Translations under genes and position numbers: made by a program
Assembly (NCBI GenBank): GCA_977030845.1
Contig: OZ365111.1
Location: 39,494,001-39,558,000 of the forward strand
Source of the DNA: Fimbriosthenelais zetlandica
Taxonomy: Eukaryota
DNA: 64,000 nt
Reading direction: 5' to 3'
In this document: piece after piece, positions 25,301 through 36,441 of the stretch
How positions within the stretch are numbered: position 1 is the first letter of the stretch
How the letters are laid out: the number at the start of each line of letters is the position of its first letter
Notes under the pieces: generated by a model
The model's database searches: none
Seen by the model: the letters and a program-made list of their open reading frames with translations, nothing else
Told to the model about the DNA's origin: nothing

Positions 25301-28300
25301 CCAAGCATCAGAAAGTGTCGGATGAGGGGGCTCCAAAAGCATTGTTGCAGGCCTCTCAATATTAATGACCTGCGCCCCTTCGTTTGTATGTAACATGGCC
25401 TCCAATATGCCCTTTTGTTATCAGAGATGGACATGAATGGCTATAATTAATGATGGTCTTCCTCTGGACATGTCAGCCTCCTGGTATTATTCTGTCTCAA
25501 TGACATTGACTCTTGACAATTAAGCTTGAATTATCCCTTCATGGAATATTATTTTAAGTGCTTCCTCATTGCTTCCCTTGGGCCAATCCAGTGTTTTCCC
25601 CTGCCCATTTTAGCTCCTAATCATTTTCTAGTATTAAACCATTGCACATGATATAGGACTATTAATAGAGGTATTCTGTATTATGCATGTCATGCATGTG
25701 TAATATGTGCTAACTTATCAGGCTATGTGAATGTGTAGGGGTGGGGGCTGGGTTGAATGGGTCCTATTGTTTGAATTATGTGATAAACGGCTGGCCTTCG
25801 TATAGCCCAGGGCGATAATGCTTTCAATATTGACCATCATTACTGCGATTGGCCACTTCATGTTTATTGTCATATGACTTATGTTGGTGGACTATTTTCA
25901 CAACGACACTTTTGCCAAGGAGGTGACAGAGAAGGATTGTTTTCTAGTGTTTTATGGCTCATTTTATTGTTGAGAATTTCTTCCCCCTTTTACCAGGTGT
26001 TTCTCTGTGTCACGGCAACTTCCTGGCACCGAGCTGCACATAAATCATCCAATCAGCGTTCAGGAAAACAGTTGGCTCTGAACGTCCCCTGATTCAGGTC
26101 TCACTACTCTCTTTTTCATTTAATAAAAAGCAGTCAGCATCTTTTATGGCATGGCATATATTTAACCGAGGTTAACATTAGCCGAGGTGAATATAGCTTG
26201 AGAACAGGACTGTTTGCTCAGCTAAGGGAACTTTTATGGGAGAAGCGAGAGTATTAAAGTCTATCAATAACATTATGGTCGATGTGTCGGAGCGGTGTCA
26301 ACCCTGGGGACCCGGGGGTATTGTCGATCATTGTCACCCCCGACACTCCCACTCCATTCACTGTGTCGAATATCAAATGTGGATAAAGTTAATTTCCATT
26401 GTGCCCTGCCGTTACTGGCCTGCCCAGGCGGCTGTTAGCCTCTGCACAGTTTCACAACCCTGAAAGAGCCAACTAATTAGTGAATCTGAGCATGAAATTA
26501 GTTTAGACCGCGTTACACATTCTTTCTTTAGTTGATCTGTTCCCTGAGCGTTGGTTAGAGGTGGGGAGCTCGATCCTTGTCTCTTTTCTCACACCTATAC
26601 AACATGTGGGCCCGGCCTCCTTTGACAACAATTAGGACCGTACTGCCCAGCGAATAAAGCCTGATTTCTATTATCAGTATTCAACCAACATAGTCAGTTA
26701 CCAAGGCGATGGGCTTCCGCAGGCAGGAATGTTGGTACCATATTTTGGGCCCGCCCCTAGTTTGAACAATTTGTCCTCGTATTAACTCTTTACACAACAG
26801 AGACAACTTTAACAAAATCCTATGGGTAAATATTTCAATCTGTGCCATTATAGGTGCAAAAATAAAAAATAACCCAATAAGGTATATCGGCGAAAATTTA
26901 CCGATCTTTTACTTCGGTGTTCGCTGATATAATCTGGGAAGGTGAGAAGGTTTTATCAATGTTTGTTTGAGAAATCAAATAAACCGGGATGTAATTTGGT
27001 GACCTATGAGTTGACCCGCTCATTTTTCATGCTGATGTCCGTCAGTTTGGTTTGTTATGCATGGAGTAACGTTACTCACACTGGAGGGGCAGACACTCAG
27101 ACTGGCACTTCATTGGAGAACTTCAACTCTCATTTCAAGAAGTTGGGATATAAAGTCAGGATTAGCACAAGAGTTACTATTGACACAGTAATCGTTGTAT
27201 TCACCAGTCTTCCTTCCCCCTCTCTCAATATAAAACACTGTGTGATTGATTACCGGCGTTTAGAATAGGCCTACACACTCATTTACAAAATATTTCAAGT
27301 TGGTTATTTGCAGGTACTATAGGCCTATACTTTCCCACGAGCCTTGATATAAATATTTTCCTTCCATAAAATATGTTTTTTGTCTGTCGGCAAGATTTCC
27401 ATACTTTTTTAAACATAGACCTGTCTAATATTCCAAATTTTGAAACTAATTTCTACCCTGATATTACTAAGCTAAATACATGTACATGAATATAAATTGC
27501 AAAATTTGAATTTTCTGAAAATGATGTATAATGCTCCCTGAGGTCACTGGAAAATCCAAAAGTAGTCAACATCATTGACTTTTTTGCTTGTATTTCAATT
27601 AAAAGGAATCGTATTTCATCGTGTTTGCAGCCTGATTACACTCCGCCAATCTTTAAGCACATCTAGTAGTTGCGCGTTTAGATTCCTCGGGGCATGAATC
27701 AGAGTGTGACGCGAGCAGTGAAGCCATGTTATTGGCTTGTTGTGGCTTAAGCCAATCTGTATTAGCGCCAATGTTTTGATAACTAGCGTGATGAGGAGTG
27801 TCAGATCGCATGCCAAGCCATTCACGTCCCTTCCAATTGCCGCCCTCCACGATCAGCCAAGGCACATTGGCCGGGCCCAATAATGTCTGCTAAATTAGCA
27901 ATGAATAAGACCGAGCGACTAACACCCGTATAGAGAGGGAGAGCTCTGGGCCCAAACTGCTATAATGGAAGCATCATTTCACCGCAACCAATTGGACCAC
28001 CAACGAAATAATCATCCGTGGGCTTTATGATGGGGGAATTCTATAGAGAAAAACCTATTCATGCTTAGCCCCTATCTCAATGAATACAATGCGCTTTCCC
28101 ACCCATTGTTAGTGCCATTTAAGCATTTCCATTAATGCTTTTTTTAAATTTTCTATTTTGCATATAGTGATCATTGAGACCATTTTAAAGCATGGAATAC
28201 AGCTTTTGTGACAGTATAGTGTTGTCAAGTGCAATCATGGTTTACATACTTAATCCAAGCGTGGTCTTTATTGTTATACGAGATGCGATCATGAACTGGC

Positions 28301-28960
28301 AATTTCCATGTTTTGATGAATCAAATTGTGGCGTGGCGAGTGAATGCATTGAGCACAGTCCCAGATATTGAGCTGCTCTCTAACGGACTGCTCACAAGTT
28401 ATAACCACCGCCTGGTAAAAATATATAAATTTATATAAAAATTATCATCAAAATGATGAATAGGAGATTCATTCAATGAAACCAGATGCTTCATGCATGA
28501 CTTTGATAAAATTTGAACACCATTTTTATTATACAATAATATTCAGTTGGGGTCCATCCTGGGTTATAAATACTAAATACTCCACCCTTCATGAGCCACT
28601 CCCAAACCATACCTGCATGGATACCCCAAATGTAATAACATATAGGGGGACAAGCACTCCACTGCTGGGGCAATAACCTTGCATGACAACTCCTATACCC
28701 ACTTATCTATGCCAATCAACTTGCCAATCCACAAGCTTTTAGAGCTTATCAAAATTTTAGAGGCCAGCTATAGATTCATGTTGCTCTTGCACAGATAGGG
28801 CTTATTGAGGCCCATTGAGTGGGGCATTGTACCGCCGGCTCTCCGACAGTGTTTGTGTGCCAGAGTGACTATCTCCGGCGGTTTGTTCCATGCACTATTG
28901 ATCACCGACCGGATAAAACACAAGCTCCTCCAAGCTCTGATCATTCCATAATACAAGCTC

Positions 28961-28962
<2 letters not shown>

Positions 28963-29021
<59 letters not shown>

Positions 29022-29032
29022 TCTCTCTCTCT
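28963..29032. repeat. (CT)n microsatellite
   Basis: About 35 CT units with one CC interruption. Confidence 0.98.
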
Positions 29033-32000
29033 AGAGCAACGATCCGGAGGTTGTTTAATAAATGCATTAATTAGCCAATGATAAATCCATATCCTATTTA
29101 GTATGCATCTTTTTTTATCTGCTTTTAAAAAGATGCATTTAAGTCAAAAGCCAATGATGCAGATCATTTTCAATGGAGTGTCATAATGTGGCGTCCGTTT
29201 CATGACAACTGTATGATGGATAAACAGTTAATATCTGTAATCTTTGCTGAATGCCGCTCCGGGCACCAACAGCCATATCACTTTTTGATACAATAAATGC
29301 TCAGACGAGCGAAACCTACCTATCAACACACTAAACCTGTGCCATTGATTTTCTCGCCCGCGGCAAAGGAAACACCTGAAATTAACAAGGTAATTGGAGG
29401 TTAGAGCGCGAGCATATTATACATGAGCAGTCTCGCTAACGTTTGAGGTGCGACCGCTTGTGTTAAGGTTGAACGCACGGGAGCTTTTCATTAGCGTGAT
29501 TTTTATGGGCTGCGTCCAGTAGTAGTATAGGATATGGGGCATTGTGACGTGCAGGGCAATCTCGAGATCTCTGCCTTTCTCTCTCTTTCAGTCAATGCAC
29601 ATTTACTTCTATGCAAACGCCCGCTCGAGCTTTGGCAATATTGGGGCAATGAGAAGCGGATGAGGAGCTAAACGAGCAGCTACTATTGGAAATATATTGT
29701 GTTTCACCACCAACCCTTGAGCACGGCGTCAGCGGGGGATCAGATTATTGGAAGCACGTGGTCGGAAAAGCCTCGATCCCCCGAGCGCCCGCTGAAATAT
29801 CACCGGAATCTCACTTAAGTGGCTATGGTAATACGCCATCGAAAATTCAATAAGTGAATAGAGTGCTTTAAAGTGGCTCCTGTACCTCGCCTGTGAAACG
29901 GCGAGTCGTGCTCGCTTCATATTTACTGCCTTGGTCTTCCGGCGAAACCTCTCAACATGTGAAAACCACCAAACAATGACAAGTTGATGGGGAAGAATTG
30001 ATTGTTTTAGAGGAAGAGGGGTGGGGGAGGGGGATGTGGGTAATGTTTGCCCCCACCCTCAATCCCCACACTCCCCACCCACTCAACACTTATATGGAAC
30101 TAAGGCCCAGGCAATGCCTGCAGTGTTGTTTCAGGAACTTTGAGCATGTTATGGATACCCCTAAGTTACAGAACCCTCTCAATTCACACTATGTGTACAG
30201 GGTTTTAAGGCCTCCTATAGATAGGTTTATCAACACACTTCTCCCAAGGAAGTCGCGTGTAGACACATCGATTCATAGCACAATGGCGCGTGAAACCTTT
30301 GCGCCTTTTGTTGACACCATTTCTGCGCTGCTAAAAGCAACAATTAGTTTGAAGGACTTAAAGTAAGAGGCCTTCCTTCATAGTGCCTCACCAGCCATTG
30401 ACTCTTATTGATTGGCCAATTTTTATACAATTACAAGAATTGATTGAAAACAAAACTCGCAATCACATCACAATGACGTCAAGTTGAAACCTTAAGGGAA
30501 AAAAAGGAAGGCCTCCTATTGTGCTATTTTGTAAGAAAACAAAAGGAAAATCATTCTTACAGCATATTATATGCATCATCAGAGAATTGGAAGTATATAT
30601 ATAATATATGATTATATTGAAAGAGCTTATAAGTAGATACAAGAACTTACCATGTTAAGTATACGGAGAATCAAGATCTCTTACCGTAATGCCAGACAGC
30701 TTCATTAGCATCAACCCTCACTCGCCAATGACACGTTTCACCAAAGACCTCCTTGCACGATTTATCCTTAAGTACGGCTAATCCATATATATATCCATTG
30801 CTACAAACCATTTCTTTTAGATGAAAAACGCCAGATTAAAAGGGGGTTTCCCCGACTCATTACTTGATGATTAATATTGTCTTATTATTACATCCTGTTA
30901 ATTAAGTTTTATTCATTATTGATTACCATGCACCTGCTATTGTATGACTTGTCTTGCAAAAACAAGTGAAAAATGTCTATATCCATCTATGTGAAGTTAA
31001 ATCTGGAAAGACTCATAAACAACATGTATAAACTAATTAGCTACAATGGCAATCCTACTCCCCAAGCTTGAATGAATGTTATGTAATCTGAAATTAAAGC
31101 TGTGGTGCGTGAGCCAGAGTCTGAACTTACCTTCGAATGGCCAGCGCTGCATATGGGGCGAAAGCCCCAAGTCAATCTGCAGATATTTAAACAGTGAACA
31201 TTGAACACCAACCTTTAACTTGTTCACACACAAACGAGGAGATGCTTTGAGATTAGACCGCGGTAGTGAAACGCTCTCGGAGTGCTGGCGGGCTGGGCAC
31301 ACGGTAATGGCGGGCTAATGGCAGGTCGTGACAGGCAGACCCTGAGCTGGGCAGACGACAAATTGACAAATCGCGCACGAATTAGCCTTCTGGTCTGGAC
31401 GCTTTAGCCCAGCGGTCGACAGGCTAAACTGACGGATCCCGGCGGAGATTTTAGGCCTTATGTAGAATCTCATAGGGTTCATAAACGATACTGATGGAGC
31501 TGAAGAGAAATGATGGAGCGAAGGCCAACTGATGAACAGGAATGGCTTCTTCTGTTCTAAATTACGCTTAATGACTGGCTGTACATTGCTTCCTGAGATG
31601 GCTTTTGTATCAGTGACACTGTAGATTAAATGTGATATGTATTTCATTCTCCGCTTATATAGCCTTGATGCATCATTCAGCCTCCCAGCTTTGTATTATG
31701 AATGGGCCTTAAGCACAGGTGATACGACCCCGAGATGATTTAAGAGACTTTGGTAGGTTGTTGTGCCTTTTGCTTGATTTGTACCAGTAACTCATTTGGC
31801 CAGAGCGAGATAAGTGATTAATATGGTGTGCATTATAATCACTCAGCTGTAATGGGACAATTGTCTGAATTATAATGCGAGGACAGCTAGTTATACAGAG
31901 TTTGCATGATGGAGTTCGTTAAGTCAGCAAGTGGCTATATGGATTGCACATCGAGTTCACCATCACAATCATTCACATAGTAACATTGAAGGCAGCCCTG

Positions 32001-33775
32001 ACCCACCTCTACCCCTTGCGCCCCAACATCAAAGATGACTTTTGGATACCCATGCCCTCCATCTATACAAAAGCTTCCATGCAGCTCGCGGGGCTTTCTA
32101 TAACTCCATCCAACACATCATTCTGTCCTCTATGAAAACACTGTTAATATTTTCACTCCAGCTCCGTCATCACTTCCTTCTGATGGAGTTGTCAGAAATG
32201 AACTGACTGCAGATAGGGGACCAGTTTTTGTGATTGAAGGACGGGGTGCAAACATAAAGGGTTTATATTTTGCCTTGCGGGTCACGGACTCTACTGGGAT
32301 AAAATCATTGATGTAAACAGGAGGTAAATTAGTTGGCCAGCCTGCTGGAGGTCTGGGGGACACGGGGTCGTGACCAAGGTCGGGAGGAATCCATTGGTAC
32401 TCTCACATGCGGAGTGGGTTTAAAGGGAATATCATCAACACCTCAACATAGAGAGCTCAGTGAGCGGTGATGATTGTTATTCGCCCAGGTGAACACCCTG
32501 GGCTCCCGCTGAAAAGGATTAACAAAATTGAACATGACAAAAGTCACCAAATACAGCCCCTCGACTGTGACTGGAAAAAGATGGCAGCCCCCGTATCAAT
32601 TCATTATAGAACGCCATCCAAATCTGAACCTGCCAATGCTATACATACAAGAATATGATATATAAATCTATAATGCCAAAACGTTCTTTTCGGTGCGTGG
32701 AATAGTAGGCCTATAACCTCCCTGCTTCAGTTTAAATTTGGAAAAGAATATACGCCCTACAGAGAATGGCAGCATGTTGGTTCAAGTCGTTGCAAGTCAG
32801 GATATATCCATCCTCCTTATATTGAATATGGATTGCATTTTGATTTAAATGAAAAGAAACTATAGAAATTAAGGCCTATAATTTTGATTTTATACAGAAT
32901 TGGATTGAAATTTCCACTTGCAAGTTTTCGGATAAAGCAGTGGCTTTTCTTACCTTCAATTCATTTGGAAATGGCGCGGCCTCTAAAAGCGCCTAAACAT
33001 CTAAAGAGACTATAGAGGTTCATTCCAGGCTCGTGGATACCCAACCCAGCCACTAACATGAAAGGGCCGTACCTATACGATAGGGCGGTCTCTGACCATC
33101 AATTCCCAATTGCCAGCCGCGTCATTCGGCGACAAATTGGAACAATGAAGTTGACGGGGAAGGTGCAGCGTCTGGGGGCCATATTGTTCCCCGGCTGGGA
33201 CTGTGCCTTATGGAAGATGTTGATGTATAGAAATATGAAAACAGTGAAATCCCTCGGGCGCAGAGATACAAACCCGACACACAAAGGACACCAGCATAAG
33301 TCAAATATCCCGCGGGCTCTATGGTTACATTCTGCCCATCCAACTTCATCACGATACACGTCAGCATGTCATTTAGTGTTATAAACCTAAATTATAAACT
33401 AATCTGAGGGAAAACAATATTGACGACTTTCGGATAGCGACGGCTTCAAAACGCTTCTGATTGTTTTAAGAATGACTTTACGGTAATTGAACCATTATCC
33501 TTTTGGCAAAAGGTTTTTTTTTCTATTACCAAATAAAAGACGCATATTCTTATTTAAAAATCAGAATGCATTTCCTTGACGTTGGAATTGTCAATCCTTC
33601 TAGGTTAGATTACGTTAACTGGCCTGACAGGTGCTTATTAGACTTAGCATTGGTGTTAGCGAACAAACAAGCAAGATGTCACGTTAAATATGACGGATTG
33701 GTGGAGCGGGCAGAGCGAGGGAGCGTCTAATGCCTTAATCACGGCAAGATGTCACGCTATACCCGGAGTCTCCAT

Positions 33776-33831
33776 CAAACAAACCAAAACACTCACAGCT
33801 CTCTTTTTCAATGGATTCTTTTGTTTTTATT
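33776..33831 (-). terminator. Polyadenylation signal and GU-rich downstream element for Nkx2-2
   Basis: First AATAAA I found after the stop on the minus strand (33831-33826), a CA dinucleotide about 13 nt later (33813-33812), then GTGAGTGTTTTGGTTTGTTTG (33796-33776). Confidence 0.7.
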
Positions 33832-35470
33832 CGCAAAATGGAAAGGAAAAATTGTACAAAGATCAATAACACGCGTTTGAACTTGATGATTCGTGTGTAA
33901 AATCATCACTGGACTATATTTAAATCACTGTCGTGTAAGCAATGTATACACTGTAAAAAAAGAGCAATGAACGTCACCGTTATGAGGAACAAATGTCCGT
34001 ATTCTATAGAGAACTTGTCCACATTTAGTATGTCCCAGGTTTTATGGGATGTACCTGCGAAAACACATTTTCTTCACAATATTTTCGGACTCTATTATAA
34101 TCATTTTGGAATAATCGCGAACATTTTATGTACATTTTAGCACCATTTTTCCACTTTTAGGTGCATGTCATGAGACAAATATAATGAATAGTTCCCAAAC
34201 ATTCACTACATCTGTTACCTGTTAGAAATTCTTTGGCATTTTCAAATAATATTTGAATAGTCACATATCAATTATTTTTATCCTAATGAAACCCGCAATC
34301 CTGTTTCTAAAAGTAGTAAAGACACAAATAACCAACGCAAGCATCCCCACAACTGTCAAATATACAACGTATATGATCATTGTTCTAGCTTCATATTCAA
34401 AATAAATATTATTCATATTAAATGTCTGTCATGACCGAATACAGGAAACAATCTGTGTAGGTAGTTGCCTTTTCATATAGTCCGCATAGAAAAAATATTC
34501 ATGTGAAATATCTGCATTTGGATTTCATATCATTGTTCCTAAATGCCTTTATAGGCCAGAGTTTATATGTACAGATGTGCAGAACATTCAGTCATTTAAT
34601 GTAATGTATAACTCATTTGCACAGAACTCACTATACCTTTCAGTTATCCTGCTCATGGACTGACAGTCCTGTCAGTGGTAGGTCCCGGGCCTCTGTCAGT
34701 GTCACTGTTCTTCCTCCCACCTATCTCATCTACGGACATGAAAGTCTGTTGTCCTAGCATCACTTGTATAAATGTTCCTTTGTCTTTGGAATGCATCACT
34801 TTTCAATAGCGTCACAACATTAGCCTAATGTTGTCAAATCTGAGTCAAATTGCGGTTCTCTTGATTGTCCATATCGTAGGGTGGAGAGATAACAATGAGA
34901 TAATCAGTCATTTTATCAGGGAATCAGCCGAGATCTGAATCCCCCCATCTCTCTCAGACTCACACAATTTATCAGTGTTTTTCCACACTGATTTCTCCTT
35001 AAACCACATCACTGACTGCCTTGCCTTGCCTTTCCGTTCCCGGCGCGTTGGCTCCCTGTTTTACTCGGCATGCTTCCCTTTGTCGTCTGTCTTCCTTCCC
35101 GCCTGGTCATGACCAGGCATGATTTTAGGCTTACCAATCAGATGGAAGGACTCGCGCTGAACCCCCACGAGATCAAATATTTATCCACGCAGGATCCTCC
35201 CGCCTATACCCGCCGGGTGTTAGGCTGGGTAGCGGTGATCGGTGGAGATGTTAATCTCGCAAATATAATGAAGAGGTCGACCAGTCCGAGCTGATCGATC
35301 CAGTGGTTTCCCGCCCGAGTGATTCTCGCAATCTCCGACCCCGTGACAACTATAATAACTGAGTCAGTACTTTGTAATTGACATTACAATACATTGACAA
35401 TGCAATGAAACTGTTTGGTTTAAAAAAATTCAATTCATTCTGAGTTTAAATTAAAATCTATTGACAAGGG
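33812..35470 (-). other. Predicted Nkx2-2 3' UTR (about 1.66 kb)
   Basis: Interval between the stop codon and the poly(A) site above. An ATTAAA variant near 34600 could give a shorter isoform. Confidence 0.6.
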
Positions 35471-36441
35471 TCACCACCATCTTGTTTGCGGCTGCATGAG
35501 TGGATGACTGTAAGAAGGCAGTACATTGTTCACGTTCATGTTCATGTGCATGTTAGAGTTCATGGAACCCATGGAGCCCATGGAACCCATAGACCCCATG
35601 GAACCCATTGAGCCCATAGAGGACATGGAATACGAACCAGTCATGTTCATGGCAGTGCTTAGATGGTTATTGTTCATAGTGGTCATACACGACATGGCCG
35701 GAGACATGCCTGACATTTGCCCTGCCGAGCCCATACCCGTCAAGCCATTCAGACCCGAACAGGAACTCATGCCGTTGAGACCGGAAGACATGCCGTTCAT
35801 ACCCGACATGCCTCCCATATCACTCTTCATGAGACCTCCGTTCATACCGGATAAAGGCTGGCAAGGCTTGCCGTCTCTCACCAACACGGGCACGGCTACC
35901 CGCCTCGGACTGGGCAGGGGGTTCATCTCGAGTCCCTTCTCTTGGCGAGCCCTCTTTAACTTATACCGGTGATTCTGGAACCAGATTTTCACTTGTGTCG
36001 GTGTGAGCCGAATGATACTGGCCAAGTGTTCCCTCTCCGGGGCCGATAGATAACGCTGCTGTCGGAAACGCCTCTCCAGTTCATAGGTTTGAGCTTTGGA
36101 GAAGAGCACCCTCCGTTTCCTCTTCTTCGGAGGGTTATCCGACGTTTGCGAATCGTTATTTCCACTACTTCCATTCTCTGTCCCGTTTCCATCTTCATCG
36201 CCTGATTTCGATTTACCATCGTCGTCTATTTCTTCCTCGATCTCGTCCCCGCAGTCCTCTGATTTGATGGAGTTGAGGTCAGAGTGAATGCTGGAGTCGG
36301 CGTCCGCGGGTCGCGTCAGACTGTCCGCCGTGGGTGTCGCGGTGGTAGGCGGGTGACGCAGCGGACTCACACCGGCATCGAGTGGCGTCCCTGCCGGCCC
36401 ACTCAACCCGTGATGGGCCCCGGGAACAAGCTGATTCAATG
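35471..36441 (-). CDS. Nkx2-2: NK2.2 homeobox transcription factor, coding exon 2 (homeodomain, NK2-SD, C-terminal tail, stop)
   Basis: T-rich tract and acceptor TTTTGCAG|CA at 36442/36441, phase-compatible with exon 1 (G+CA = Ala). Open to TGA at 35473-35471. Spliced CDS is 223+971 = 1194 nt = 397 aa + stop. Contains an acidic stretch ([10 protein letters not shown]), homeodomain, NK2-SD and a terminal TRWW. Confidence 0.97.
35561..35632 (-). repeat. Coding 9-bp tandem repeat, (Gly-Ser-Met)x6 plus SSM and YSM
   Basis: Plus-strand units CATGGAACC/CATGGAGCC/CATGGAACC/CATAGACCC/CATGGAACC/CATTGAGCC, then CATAGAGGA and CATGGAATA. Confidence 0.95.
35861..35914 (-). other. NK2-specific domain (NK2-SD)
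   Basis: [18 protein letters not shown], shortly after the homeodomain. Confidence 0.95.
35945..36124 (-). other. Nkx2-2: NK2-class homeodomain (Nkx2.2/vnd subtype)
   Basis: [60 protein letters not shown]. Tyr54 defines the NK2 class; KAQTY and RQQRY match Nkx2.2 rather than Nkx2.1 (QAQVY, KQQKY). Confidence 0.97.

Noticed and set aside
26883-26931. Hairpin with 12-bp and 5-bp stems (also a 12-bp-arm hairpin at 29103-29138)
   Set aside because: Too short and too bulged for a pre-miRNA; such inverted repeats are expected by chance in AT-rich DNA.
35526-35972. 148-aa plus-strand ORF ([12 protein letters not shown]...)
   Set aside because: Antisense shadow of the Met-rich Nkx2-2 tail and its 9-bp repeat; no independent evidence of coding.
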